Shown in pieces: positions 1 through 10,469 of a DNA stretch of 64,000 nucleotides. The first letter of the stretch is position 1. Each line of letters begins with the position of its first letter. The notes under the pieces are model-generated. The model did no database searches and was not told the origin of the DNA. It saw only the letters and a program-made list of their open reading frames with translations. The DNA is from an uncultured cyanobacterium (GTDB lineage Bacteria > Cyanobacteriota > Cyanobacteriia > Phormidesmidales > Phormidesmidaceae). Both the position numbers and the translations under genes were made by a program. The stretch spans positions 320,001 through 384,000 of the forward strand of contig CAWBZI010000007.1 of assembly GCA_963793265.1 (NCBI GenBank), written 5' to 3'.

Positions 1-1073
1 TAGGTTGAGCGATCGCAGGGTCTAAAACGAATGCAGCCTAGCGGCACAAGGAAGTGAGCCGCAAGAAAATGACTGGTTGTAAAAAAGTAATTATGCGCGC
101 CCGCGCAGCAGCTTCAGCCCAATAAGGCTAAAGCTAAGCTTGTAGAGAGGTGCAGGCCGCTTGTTCATAGGTCTTTTGCATCGGTAGCCCCATTTAAGCA
201 CAGACTAAGCATAGGCTGAACGCAAAAAATCTGGGTTTCCAGCATCTAGGTCTGTAGCATACTTATTATCATAAAAACAGACCATCACATCACCGTATTA
301 TGCACAAACAAACAGTCGTAAATGAGTGCTTTCCTAATACAAAAATGGTCTTCCATTGAGGTTTGTATACTGTTCTTCTAAAAAGAGCGTATAGAGTGCA
401 CAGATTGATTTTTTGACCTTTTGAGAGTTCTCATGTTTGCTTCAAGCGTTACGGGTGCTTAAAGATACAGGCAATAATAAAATGCTCAGTACCCAGGTTA
501 AAATTTTTTAGAAGATCCATTATTTATTATGGTAATCGTGTATGCTTCCTTTTATAAACGCAATGGAAGCTTAGACATTGCTCATTCTATTGGTGCTTAT
601 CTACATTAGAGTTCATAAAAACCTTTCTAACTAAGCAAGCATCGGCGTTTGTGCAGTAAGTAAGGGATTGCAAAGATTGTGATTGGAATGATCTAAAAGT
701 AAAAAGCATACATTTATTGCAATATCTGCTTTTGCAACTATCTTGTAGAAGGGCGATCTTCTTGAGTTAATTGAGACAGGTTACGTAGAGCTTTAATGAG
801 TCTGATAGGTTGCTGCTCAATTGTTTAAGTAAGGGTTAGGCTGGCTGTCTACAAGGGATTAAGTTGCTGTTGTGATAAGCGGCCTAATTTATTCGGCTGT
901 TTTGTGAAAGTTAGATAGGCAAAAGTAGGTGAGCTTAGGAACTCATTGCGTTAGATAGAAGACTTTAGCTTTAGTATCAACGTTTGAAATATAAGCTTGG
1001 TGCTAACCACTGAATATCCGTAGGTGAGTTTGGCTTTGGCTTTGCGTGGTTTTTAAAGAGGGTTGCTGCTACT

Positions 1074-3215
1074 TTGGCAGATGAGGATGTGAATGTGGAT
1101 TTGACGACTGCGCTGAAGTGGCTGAACGCTGCGGTGATGAATGGTGTTGGGCATCCCTTGCGAGAGCCTGAGATTGTGATATTGAAGGGCACCTGGCGAG
1201 GGTTGACGTATGAGCAAATGGCAGGCGGATCGGACTACAGCACTAATTATCTGATGCGGGACGTGGCTCCTAAGCTATGGAAGCAGCTTTCGAGCGTGTT
1301 TGGGCGCTCGGTCGGCAAGACTAATTTTCGAGTAGCGCTAGAAGCCTACGCCGTTTCTAATAAGGCGCTTGCCTCTGAAATTGCTGCTTCGAACTTTGGC
1401 TTTACGCCCGATTTTGAAGCAGACGTGATGCATAGCCGAGAGCAAGGTCGAGATGCGTTTGAGGGGCCTGGAAGCTCAAAAAGAAGCTTGGACAGTGGTA
1501 GTGGAACGACAGGCACGGACTACAGGCATCCTTCTATGCTTGGAAATGCCTCAGCTAGCGGCGGATATCGTGGACTAGCGATGCCTGTAAGTTCGGAGGC
1601 ATTGATGTATGGATATGAAGATGAGCTGGCTCAGATCAAACAGTGGATTTGTGAGGGCATTGGAGAAAGCTCCCTCTTAGCAGGCACCTCTTCAGGTGTG
1701 CTAGTGGGCCTGTGGGGCCTGTGCGGCGTTGGTAAAACGCTGCTGGTTGAAAAGGCGATCGCTCAAGTCGGCGATCTTGTTGAAGGCGTTGTGTGGCGAT
1801 CGCTACAGTCTCAACCCAGCTTGAACGACCTGAGCGCCAGCATTTTATCCAGCTTGGGGATTCGGTTAGCTGAGGCTCAAGCCGCCATTGCGCCTGCTCA
1901 GCTGATCGCGCTGATGAACCAGCGATCGCTTCTAATTGTTTTAGAAGGGGCAGAGGCGCTGCTACAGCCCGGCGTGCTTGCAGGCGACTATCAGCCAGCG
2001 TTTCAGGCATACGGTGAGTTTTTTCAGTCGGTATTGGGATCGCGTAGCTGTGTAATTATGACAGGTATTGAAGGGCCTGCTGAGCTGGTGCGCCAGGGTA
2101 GCTATAGCCAGCGGCAAGGGGTGCGATCGCTTTATCTCAAGCGGCTTCCAGAAGCGGCTGCGATTTCCCTTTTGCAAGCTGAGTCGAATCAGCAAGCGTC
2201 TTCGGCTGAGCACTGGTCTGAGCTGATTGCCCGCTACCAGGGTCACCCGCTGGCGCTGAAGTCAGCCGCTCGGGTCATTCAAGAAATTTTTAATGGCCGC
2301 GTCGATCAGTTTTTGCAGCAGGGGTCTGTATTATTCACAGATATCTTGCGGCTGCTCTCGCCGTCTTTTGAACGACTGTCTTCATCTGAATTAGATATTC
2401 TCTACTGGTTAGCCAGCCAGGAAGCGCCGATTAGCTTGGTTGAACTTCAGCAGACGCTCCCGAGATCTGTGGCGGCGAACGAACTGATCTCAGCGCTGGA
2501 CTCATTGAAGCAGCGATCGCTCCTGAGCATCCATACTGATAGCGAGGATCTGCCGACCTTCTATTTACCTGCGCTGATAAAAGCGTATGCGGTGCATCGA
2601 TTTATGAATCGATTTGGTGAAACGCTTACCGCTGACGCCATCGGAGAAAAGCGCAGCAGCGAGCCGTTAACCCGATTGAGCGCCCAACCAGCCTATAGCG
2701 ACCCCAATCAGGTGATTGACTTAAGCCCGCCAGCCGCCACGCGCGTACAGCTCAGCCAGTGGTTTCAGGGACAGTTTGAAGCCGATTGGCAGTCGCTAAA
2801 CCGTCTATTTGAGGCGTCTGCGCGTCCGGCACTGCGGCTGCGTAATGCTTATCATCTGCAAGATGAAACATTTATTAAGCGCTGTAAGTCAATTGTTTTA
2901 TCTAAAGAAAATCAGGCCAGCAGTCGGGTAAGTGCCTCTAAACCGGCGGCGGTACTCCTAGTGGCTATTCATCAAGATGGTGAGAATCTGTACAAAATCT
3001 GCGTACAGGCTCAGCCTCCCAAAGACGCTAGCGTGCTGCCCGAGCACCTGGCGCTAAAGCTACTAGATAATCAGCAGACTGTTTTGGCTACGGTCGTTGC
3101 TCAGCAAGACGACACGTTCATTCAACTGCCCTACTTTCGAGGGGCCGTGGAAGAACCTTTCTCCATTGAGCTGAGCCTGGCAGATAGTCATCATACAGAG
3201 ACTTTTGTGATATAA
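1074..3215 (+). CDS. STAND/NB-ARC-type NTPase with N-terminal HTH and C-terminal DUF1822-like domain
   Basis: N-terminal 'ILKGTWRGLTYEQMA...PKLWKQLS..GKTNF' HTH typical of cyanobacterial NB-ARC proteins; Walker A GLCGVGKT; 'GHPLALK' GxP motif; C-terminal 'LSQWFQGQFEADWQ...LPEHLALKLLD...IQLPYFRG' resembles DUF1822. Start codon (TTG 1074 or GTG 1089) uncertain. Confidence 0.75.
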   Translation: MADEDVNVDLTTALKWLNAAVMNGVGHPLREPEIVILKGTWRGLTYEQMAGGSDYSTNYLMRDVAPKLWKQLSSVFGRSVGKTNFRVALEAYAVSNKALASEIAASNFGFTPDFEADVMHSREQGRDAFEGPGSSKRSLDSGSGTTGTDYRHPSMLGNASASGGYRGLAMPVSSEALMYGYEDELAQIKQWICEGIGESSLLAGTSSGVLVGLWGLCGVGKTLLVEKAIAQVGDLVEGVVWRSLQSQPSLNDLSASILSSLGIRLAEAQAAIAPAQLIALMNQRSLLIVLEGAEALLQPGVLAGDYQPAFQAYGEFFQSVLGSRSCVIMTGIEGPAELVRQGSYSQRQGVRSLYLKRLPEAAAISLLQAESNQQASSAEHWSELIARYQGHPLALKSAARVIQEIFNGRVDQFLQQGSVLFTDILRLLSPSFERLSSSELDILYWLASQEAPISLVELQQTLPRSVAANELISALDSLKQRSLLSIHTDSEDLPTFYLPALIKAYAVHRFMNRFGETLTADAIGEKRSSEPLTRLSAQPAYSDPNQVIDLSPPAATRVQLSQWFQGQFEADWQSLNRLFEASARPALRLRNAYHLQDETFIKRCKSIVLSKENQASSRVSASKPAAVLLVAIHQDGENLYKICVQAQPPKDASVLPEHLALKLLDNQQTVLATVVAQQDDTFIQLPYFRGAVEEPFSIELSLADSHHTETFVI

Positions 3216-3222
3216 GCGCTGC

Positions 3223-5721
3223 ATGAAAAAAGTTATCTTGAACTTAGGCGGTGGCACCCTTATCGAAGGGTGTAAGAACGTTATTGGCGAATTTTTGGGC
3301 GAGTCTTTGAGCCAGCCTCAGAATCAGACCCAAAGCCAACCCTTGGGGCCGTCATCAACAGCGCAGAGTCAGGCATATCCTATTCGCTTCACCGGGGAGC
3401 TACCGGCAGCGCCTCAGCTAGCGGCCACGCAAACGCGGTGGCAGCACCTCTATGCCGCTCGCAATCAAGATCAGGCGCTACGCATTCATCTGCTTGATGT
3501 AGAAGGACTTCGCTACTCTGAAAATGATTTTAATCAGTGCTGTTTGCAGCTTGTTAATCAGTTTGAAGCCTGGCTAAATACGCCTGAATTGCTGCAGATT
3601 GATCGCGCCTTGAGAACCGAGTTCAAGCGCAGCGATGACGTTCAAATTATCTTAGAAACCGCCGACCTTCAGCTCTGTAAGCTGCCCTGGCATCTGTGGC
3701 CGCTTTTTGAAGATTATCCTCAAGCCGAGCTAACGTTTGGCGCGCTCGACTGGCGACCGCTGCCCAACCGGCCATTCAATCACCGCAAAAATCAGGGGCC
3801 TAGTGCATCCTCACGAATCCTAGCCACGCTGGGCAATCACGATGGCCTCGACTTGGCGGCTGATTTGACCACGCTCAATCATCTGCAAAACACTCATCTC
3901 AACGTTCTTGATACCCCTACGCTCAACCAGCTACACGAGCATCTTTGGGAGCCTGAAGGATGGGATATTTTCTTTTTTGCAGGCCACAGCCAAACCGAAG
4001 GAGAAACCGGCATTATTAATCTCAATCAGCATGAGCGGCTGAGCATTGAGCAGATTAAATATGCGCTGAGCCAGGCGATCGCGAACGGTCTAAAAATTGC
4101 CATCTTCAACTCCTGCGACGGGCTTGGGCTCGCCAGGCAGCTTTCGAGCCTGCAAATTCCGTATGTGGTGGTGATGCGAGAGCCGGTACCTGATGCGATC
4201 GCTCAGCAGTTTTTACGCTATCTACTCGCAGCTTTTACCCAGGGCCTGCCGTTTCACTTAGCCATGCGTGAAGCGCGTCAGCGGCTCGCTGGGCTAGAAA
4301 ATGAAGCGCCCTGTGCAAGCTGGCTGCCGGTTATTTGGCAAAATCCTACCGCGCCTGCGATCTACTGGCAAACCCTACAGCCGCAGGCTGATGGAGGAGT
4401 TAAGACGGCAAAGAGATGGGGGCGATCGCACGCTAAGCAGTTCGCTTTCAAAACTTTAATTGCCAGCGGTATTGTACTGGGCATTCGAGCGCTGGGGCTG
4501 CTAGAGCCGGTTGAACTAATAGCTTATGACCAGCTTATGCGGCAGCGGCCCACCGAATCAGTCGATCAAAGAACCGTTGTTGTCGAAGTCACTGAAAAGA
4601 CAACTAGCCAGTATGGCTACCCGCTACCTGACGAACAGCTAACGGCATTAATCGACCGGATAAATGATGCGCAGCCTTTGGCAATCGGATTGGACTTGCA
4701 CAGAGCGCGGCCCAATCCTTCTAGAGCAGAAAGCAGCTTAATCACTGATGTAGAACCTAGCTACGATAAGTTTTTGAGACAGGTAGAAAGCACACCCTCT
4801 CTGTTCTTAGTTTGCTTTTATGACAGCAAGGACAAGAACTACGGGACGCCAGCTCAGCTTTCTGAGGAGGTTCGCGCCTATCAAGTCGGCTTTAGCGACC
4901 TGCCGATTGATCGCTTTACTCAATTTGGCGGTAATCCTCGCAGCGATGTCACCGCAGCGGGCAGCAATGCGCGAATGGGCGAAATGGTGCGCCGCCAGTG
5001 GCTCTCTTACGATCCTAATCTCTCACCCGCTTCACCAAACTGTGAAACGCCCTATAGCCTGAGCTTTCAGCTTGCCTTTGAATATTTAGACCAGGCTGGG
5101 GTAGAGCCGCTGACGGTCACAGACGATGAACGCTGGCAGTTTGGCCCGGTTGTTTTTGACTGGCTACCGCAGCGGGTAGGCGCTTATCAGCAGCTAGCAG
5201 CGCACAGCAGCCAGGTTTTGCTGAACTACCGAGCGAACCAGCCAGGCGAAGAAATTACGGTTGAGCAGCTCATGTCAGACGGGTTTGATCCGCAAATGCT
5301 GACCGACAAAATTGTGCTCATTGGCTACACCGCGCCTGTTTCTAAAGACTATTTTGAAACGCCTTATGGGCCAATGGCTGGGCTGTGGGTGCACGCTCAT
5401 ATGGTGAGCCAACTGCTGAGCGCGGTGCTAGATGACAGGCCGATGATACATGGGCTAGCTCAATGGCAGAGCTGGCAGTGGGGCGACTGGGTGTGGATTG
5501 CGATGTGGGGATGTGCAGGGGGCTACGTGGGCATTGCGATTAAGCGGCGATCGTACTGGCTGCTGAGTCTCCTGCTAGGGGGAGGCGCGCTGTATCTATG
5601 GTGTTGGATAGCCTTAATATCCGGGCTGTGGCTACCGCTGGTACCGAGTGCTTTAGCTGCGACCGGCTCAACCGTTTGGCTACGGGCAAATCGCCCGTCT
5701 GACAAGAAGCTTGCGGATTAG
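3223..5721 (+). CDS. CHAT (caspase-like) + CHASE2 domain membrane protein
   Basis: CHAT dyad motifs FFAGHS and FNSCDG; CHASE2 motifs 'ELIAYDQLMRQRP', 'IGLDLHR', 'KIVLIGYTA..D.F.TP...G..VHAH.VSQL'; three C-terminal TM helices. Confidence 0.88.
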   Translation: MKKVILNLGGGTLIEGCKNVIGEFLGESLSQPQNQTQSQPLGPSSTAQSQAYPIRFTGELPAAPQLAATQTRWQHLYAARNQDQALRIHLLDVEGLRYSENDFNQCCLQLVNQFEAWLNTPELLQIDRALRTEFKRSDDVQIILETADLQLCKLPWHLWPLFEDYPQAELTFGALDWRPLPNRPFNHRKNQGPSASSRILATLGNHDGLDLAADLTTLNHLQNTHLNVLDTPTLNQLHEHLWEPEGWDIFFFAGHSQTEGETGIINLNQHERLSIEQIKYALSQAIANGLKIAIFNSCDGLGLARQLSSLQIPYVVVMREPVPDAIAQQFLRYLLAAFTQGLPFHLAMREARQRLAGLENEAPCASWLPVIWQNPTAPAIYWQTLQPQADGGVKTAKRWGRSHAKQFAFKTLIASGIVLGIRALGLLEPVELIAYDQLMRQRPTESVDQRTVVVEVTEKTTSQYGYPLPDEQLTALIDRINDAQPLAIGLDLHRARPNPSRAESSLITDVEPSYDKFLRQVESTPSLFLVCFYDSKDKNYGTPAQLSEEVRAYQVGFSDLPIDRFTQFGGNPRSDVTAAGSNARMGEMVRRQWLSYDPNLSPASPNCETPYSLSFQLAFEYLDQAGVEPLTVTDDERWQFGPVVFDWLPQRVGAYQQLAAHSSQVLLNYRANQPGEEITVEQLMSDGFDPQMLTDKIVLIGYTAPVSKDYFETPYGPMAGLWVHAHMVSQLLSAVLDDRPMIHGLAQWQSWQWGDWVWIAMWGCAGGYVGIAIKRRSYWLLSLLLGGGALYLWCWIALISGLWLPLVPSALAATGSTVWLRANRPSDKKLAD

Positions 5722-5746
5722 ATATTTAGATAGAATTTGCGAGATT

Positions 5747-6514
5747 ATGTTTAATTTTTCCACTCGGGTTTATGTTCAGTGGCTGCTAATTGTAAATATG
5801 GTGTTAGGGGCGATCGCTGTACCGCTGGCGGCTGTGGCGCGATCTCAAAACGTTCAGCCGCCAGCCGCCCGTCATCAGGCCCGCTCTCAGGTGCGTCGTC
5901 AGGTTCGTCGTCGCCCGCGCCCACCGCGCAGGCTACCGCCCAATCGGGTGCAGCCGGGGGGCGGCTTAGACGTGGCCGCGCAGTCTTGCGATTCTAGCCG
6001 CCAACCGCTGACGGCTTTAGTCCCTGTGGAAAATCCAGTCTTTACAGCGTCGGCCTATCCCACATTTCTCTTTCACTTAACAGACGATCCCGATCAGATT
6101 GAGCGAGCCGAGTTTATGCTGCTGGATGCTGATGAGAAAGAACAGATCTACGCTATGCAGTTCGAGCCCACGCAAGCAGGCATTGTTAGCATTTCGCTGC
6201 CTGCTGAGGCCGCCTACGCCCTTGAGCCTGAGCAGGCTTATCACTGGTATTTGAACATTCATTGTAAAAGGAGCACGGCGGTTTTATCTGTAGATGGTTG
6301 GGTGCAGCGGCTAGGCGAAGCCGAGAGCATAGAGGCGCGTGACGAGTCGGGTTTGCCAGTGGTTTGGTATGACGCGATCGCTCAGGTGGCCACTGAATTA
6401 GCGGTGTCTTCACAGGCGACCAGTCAGCAAGAATGGGCAGCGCTACTGGCAGCCGTTGGGCTAGAGAGCGCAGCAGCAGCGCCCATTGCAGGCACTGCCA
6501 TATCTCTTGAATAG
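5747..6514 (+). CDS. DUF928 domain secreted protein
   Basis: Signal peptide, 'GGG...C....LTALVP', 'PTFLF', 'YHWYLNIHC', 'WYDAI...W..LL..VGL' motifs; usual position after CHASE2 genes. ATG 5747 preferred over TTG 5711. Confidence 0.85.
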   Translation: MFNFSTRVYVQWLLIVNMVLGAIAVPLAAVARSQNVQPPAARHQARSQVRRQVRRRPRPPRRLPPNRVQPGGGLDVAAQSCDSSRQPLTALVPVENPVFTASAYPTFLFHLTDDPDQIERAEFMLLDADEKEQIYAMQFEPTQAGIVSISLPAEAAYALEPEQAYHWYLNIHCKRSTAVLSVDGWVQRLGEAESIEARDESGLPVVWYDAIAQVATELAVSSQATSQQEWAALLAAVGLESAAAAPIAGTAISLE

Positions 6515-6551
6515 GCGATTGAGTAGGCGGTTTTGGTGGGCGATCGCCTTT

Positions 6552-7064
6552 TTACGACGATCGCAAAGCAACCACCTCAATCTCAACCAGCCAGCCCGGA
6601 TTGGCCAGTCCTGCAATCTGCATTGCCGAGCGAGACGGTAGGTTTGGCTGCGTCTCTGTACCAAAGAACTGAGTGTAGCTGGCCATAAACCCAGCAAAGT
6701 CCATCTTGCCTTCCATCTCTGGATCGCCCACCAAAAACGCCTGCATTTTCACCACATCGCCCATCGTCAAATCCAAGCTTGTCAAAACGCTCTCAATCTT
6801 TTCTAAAACGCTGTAGGTTTGAATCTCGGTATCACCGTAGGCCATAATCGTTCCAGACTCAGCCGCTTCGTTAGTGACGCTAGGCACCTGACCGCTCAAA
6901 TACACTAAAGAGGCATCAGCCGGTATTTCAACCGCCAGCGAAATGGGGAAATCTGAGTCTGGAATAGGGTGGCGAATAGGCATTTGAGCCGAGACACGCG
7001 GCGTAAACCCAATAATTAGACCGATGACTAGCAGCGCGCTCAACAATACTTTTTTGAAAGACAT
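6552..7064 (-). CDS. RidA/YjgF family imine deaminase with N-terminal signal peptide
   Basis: 'VYLSGQV', 'LPSRS' (conserved Arg), 'WLVEIEVVA'; MSFKKVLLSALLVIGLIIGFTPRVSA signal peptide from ATG 7064. Confidence 0.88.
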   Translation of the reverse strand: MSFKKVLLSALLVIGLIIGFTPRVSAQMPIRHPIPDSDFPISLAVEIPADASLVYLSGQVPSVTNEAAESGTIMAYGDTEIQTYSVLEKIESVLTSLDLTMGDVVKMQAFLVGDPEMEGKMDFAGFMASYTQFFGTETQPNLPSRSAMQIAGLANPGWLVEIEVVALRSS

Positions 7065-7125
7065 TCCCTGATTTTCCTTTTGTGTTTGTTCTTGTTTGCT
7101 ATCTCGATTTGCTATCTCGGATGGG

Positions 7126-8736
7126 CTAAGCCGCCTGTACCCGACTGGCAACACCCTCTACCGCCGCCAGCGCCGATCTCACAGAGCCTTCCTGCCACCC
7201 TGTTAGATAGCTTAAATGTTCTCCTGCCAAAAATATTGGCCCATCAGGCTGCAATAACACTTGATAAGCCCCTTCTCTTTGTTCATCTTCCCATTCAGCC
7301 CATCCGCCTTGACTATACGGCACATTCTCCCAGGCAATCGTTACCCCATTTGCCGCCGATACTTCTGTTGCATAGTCAGGATGAATGGCGCTACCCTCCT
7401 CAATCGCTTTGGCTAAGCGGGCCTCGGGCGATAATGTGCCCCACACATTGCCAATCGGGTTATCCCAAATATAGGCACCGACTAAAATGCCTGTATCGCT
7501 TTGAAAATCGGTAGAAGGATACCAAATTTGCGTGATGTCTCGTTCTGTCCAAGAGATGCCGCCGTAGATGTTAGAGTCTTCTTCCCAAAAGCGTCGATTG
7601 GCCTGGAATGCAACCTTCACCGCGTTCGCATAAATGCCTTTACTCTCCTCAATCGCCGCCGTCATCTCTGGTGAAAAGTCCGCATCTACAGTCGCTAATA
7701 CAGGTAGAGGAAATGTGCAGATAGTGTAGTTTGCCTCTAGAGCTTTCTCTTCATCCGTTGCTAGATTTTTGTAAACAACTCTCACACCCTCTGGCGTTTT
7801 CCGAATTTCACTGACCTCAGCGTTATATTCAATTAGCGCTCCCACTTCTCGCTCAAACGCCTTGATAATCTGATCCATGCCGCCAACGGGCTCTAACATG
7901 GTTGCAGCCTGGGTATAGCCTTCGCCAAAGTGAAGCTTATAGTCCCAAAAGTCCGAGCTGAGCAGCTCGGCTAATCCTAAAGGCTCAAACGCCTCGCCTA
8001 CGTCGTTGCCCGCTGCTGGCCCGGCTACATAGCCGCCGCGCGAACCGCCTACATAGGTGTAATCGTCGCCTAAACTGCCAAAGCTTTTGACAAATGCCAT
8101 CAGCCGCTCTTGGTCAAGTCCTGACACGGCCTGATCGAGAGATTTTTGACTAATCGCCTTGGCCAGCAGCTCAGCAATATAGCCTCGGCTGTCGTTCACG
8201 ACCCGGCGGTTGAGCATAGGCGAACCATTGAAGGCTTTGTCGTCTTGAAAATAAGCGGCTCTGTTTTCATTAACACGCACCTGTAGGGGCACACCTAATT
8301 CTTTGCAGTATCCTAGAATCGCCGTGTGATGGTATGGAATGCGGGCAGGCCCCGGATTAAAGTACAGGCTCTGGTTGCCCTCATCGAAAGGGCAGATTTG
8401 CTCAGTATCGAATTCTTTAACAACATCGCCGCCTCGAATGGTTTGACAGCGACCGCCTGCGCGATCGCGTGCCTCTAACACAACGCACTCATACCCTGCC
8501 TTTGTCAGCTCATAGGCCGCCGTCATCCCAGCAATGCCAGCCCCCAAAATAGCAATTGTGGTGCCGTTACCTGACTGGGCCTGCAATGCTGGCTTTTGAA
8601 TGGCTTCGGCAGGTGCTAGCAGTCCCATTTCCTTCATAGTCGTCAGCACAGCCGCCGTGCCTCCGGCCCTGCCCACCATTTTTAAAAACCGCCGTCTTGA
8701 AGGAGAACCTACCGGGCGATGGCGAGAATTAGACAT
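7126..8736 (-). CDS. Flavin monoamine oxidase / L-amino-acid oxidase, Tat-exported
   Basis: Twin-arginine SRRRFLK; GAGIAG dinucleotide motif; 'LEARDRAGGR'; 'FNPGPARIP'; C-terminal 'LAGEH...WQEG'. ATG at 8736. Confidence 0.9.
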   Translation of the reverse strand: MSNSRHRPVGSPSRRRFLKMVGRAGGTAAVLTTMKEMGLLAPAEAIQKPALQAQSGNGTTIAILGAGIAGMTAAYELTKAGYECVVLEARDRAGGRCQTIRGGDVVKEFDTEQICPFDEGNQSLYFNPGPARIPYHHTAILGYCKELGVPLQVRVNENRAAYFQDDKAFNGSPMLNRRVVNDSRGYIAELLAKAISQKSLDQAVSGLDQERLMAFVKSFGSLGDDYTYVGGSRGGYVAGPAAGNDVGEAFEPLGLAELLSSDFWDYKLHFGEGYTQAATMLEPVGGMDQIIKAFEREVGALIEYNAEVSEIRKTPEGVRVVYKNLATDEEKALEANYTICTFPLPVLATVDADFSPEMTAAIEESKGIYANAVKVAFQANRRFWEEDSNIYGGISWTERDITQIWYPSTDFQSDTGILVGAYIWDNPIGNVWGTLSPEARLAKAIEEGSAIHPDYATEVSAANGVTIAWENVPYSQGGWAEWEDEQREGAYQVLLQPDGPIFLAGEHLSYLTGWQEGSVRSALAAVEGVASRVQAA

Positions 8737-8894
8737 ACAACACACCCTGCTTAAAACGTAGATTTTTAAGCAGTATGCACCAAGAGTCAATTTAAAAACT
8801 GTTCAATGAGCGACTGAAATCTGTCGCAAAATGTGTGATGTGCCTCACAGGTTTTAAATGCGTTCCGTCACAGCTACAGCTACAAGAGATTTTT

Positions 8895-8910
8895 TGTAGC
8901 TGTAGCTACA
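8895..8910. promoter_or_regulatory. Putative NtcA box (TGTA-N8-TACA) overlapping a 14-bp inverted repeat (8872-8907)
   Basis: TGTAgctgtagcTACA matches the GTA-N8-TAC consensus; it lies about 160 bp upstream of the amino-acid oxidase start. Confidence 0.5.
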
Positions 8911-8930
8911 AAAGCAATGTATCTCGAACC

Positions 8931-10469
8931 TCACTGCATGCTAACACCTGCTGCTCTGAGCATATACGCCGCGCTAAAGTGACTCTGCCCAGGAGAAGAT
9001 CGCTGCTGCCGGGCTTGGGCGTCGGCCTCTGCGTATCGCGCTTTGTTACTGCTGACTAGCTCTACTGCTGAAACAAAGTATTCAGTGGCCGAGCGCAAGG
9101 GCCTTTGCTGAGCCAAGTCGTAGGCGTACAGCGTCTTGCCATCTTCAACAAGGCGCTTGAGATCTGCGCCTGTAAACCCTGTTGTTTCAGACACTATTTT
9201 AGAAACGTCTGCCCCTGATAGCACAGCCGGTAGCTGGCTAAGATGCTGCTTTAGAATGTCTCCTCTGGCTTCATCATTCGGAAGCTGTAGCTCTAGCCAA
9301 AGCTCAATCCGCCCAGACCTCACCAAGGCAGGCGGCAAGCTGCTTACGTTCATCGCCGTCATCATCAGACACACGCGGCCAGCGTTTTCACTTTCTAATC
9401 CGTCTAGTAGCGTGAGCAGATAGCGGTAAAATCCTAGCTCGTCGCCACCTTCAAAAATCACGTCGCCATCATCGATAAAAACAACGGCAGGCGCGTTTTG
9501 TTTGGCGGCCTCAAAGATTTGATGAACCTTACCGTAAAAGTCTCCTGTGCCGGAAATGATCGTGCCGTCTATGAGAAAGAACTTGCTTCTTAGCCGGTGG
9601 GCCAGCGCGCGGCCAATGGTGGTTTTGCCGGTGCCTGGCGGCCCTACGAGAAGCACGCCGCGCTTGGGCTTCAGGTTTAGTTCAGTCGCGATCGCATCAT
9701 TCTCCAAAGGCAAAATGATATTAGCTTCCAAACTCTCCACAACGCTCTCCACACCTTTAAGCGCGCTTAGCTCAACTGCCTGTACCTCGCCTAAGTCAAT
9801 ATTGCTCACGAGCTGCCGGGCTTTAAGATATTCAATAAAGCTATCAGTACTTGTATCAGCCTCTAGTGCATCTGCTTGCTTTAGCCACAAGCAGGCGTCT
9901 TTGATTTGGTAGGCGTTTAGCTTACTCGCAAAGCGATAGATTTTAGCATGATCGAGAGTTTGCGCGACCTCGCCCAAATAGTGCTCACACAAAAACTGAT
10001 AGTCTTCTACCGTTAGTCGAGTTATGCTCATCCATCCGGCCCCCTGAGTAAGAAAACCCATCCCGCAAGGCTGACCCGAGAAAATTAGATTTTTGTCAGA
10101 CTGGGCCGCGTAGGTAGAAACAATCTTAAGCGGAATATCTAGCAGTCTAGCGCGAGGATAGAACTGGTTTTGAAGCGTTGTGCACAGCAGATGCATATCA
10201 TCAACTACAACAACATCGTGCGCTTTGAGGGCAGATAGAACCAGCTCCTCAAACACTTCCTCCATCGCAAACGGGTGGCCCTGACGCACTGAGTCTATAA
10301 AGTCTTTGAACTGAAAGACTGTCCCGCCTAGCTGCTCAAGCATGGCGTTGATGATTGTTGTTTTGCCTGAGCCACTTTCTCCAGAAAGCACGAAAGTAGA
10401 ATACAGCGGCATTTGCTGAAGCAGGCCGTTGAACGTTTTTTCTTGAGAAGGATAAAGCGATTTAGGCAT
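8931..10469 (-). CDS. AAA+ ATPase with two P-loop modules
   Basis: Walker A GESGSGKT and GPPGTGKT; second module has VFIDD and SRH-like 'LPPALVRSGRIE'; 'GFTGADL' lid. ATG 10469. Confidence 0.85.
   Translation of the reverse strand: MPKSLYPSQEKTFNGLLQQMPLYSTFVLSGESGSGKTTIINAMLEQLGGTVFQFKDFIDSVRQGHPFAMEEVFEELVLSALKAHDVVVVDDMHLLCTTLQNQFYPRARLLDIPLKIVSTYAAQSDKNLIFSGQPCGMGFLTQGAGWMSITRLTVEDYQFLCEHYLGEVAQTLDHAKIYRFASKLNAYQIKDACLWLKQADALEADTSTDSFIEYLKARQLVSNIDLGEVQAVELSALKGVESVVESLEANIILPLENDAIATELNLKPKRGVLLVGPPGTGKTTIGRALAHRLRSKFFLIDGTIISGTGDFYGKVHQIFEAAKQNAPAVVFIDDGDVIFEGGDELGFYRYLLTLLDGLESENAGRVCLMMTAMNVSSLPPALVRSGRIELWLELQLPNDEARGDILKQHLSQLPAVLSGADVSKIVSETTGFTGADLKRLVEDGKTLYAYDLAQQRPLRSATEYFVSAVELVSSNKARYAEADAQARQQRSSPGQSHFSAAYMLRAAGVSMQ

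Noticed and set aside
1..1073. Coding region or ncRNA in the long upstream region
   Set aside because: Minus-strand frames near 1-170 hit stops or lack a start, and no recognisable RNA motif was found. Treated as regulatory or intergenic.
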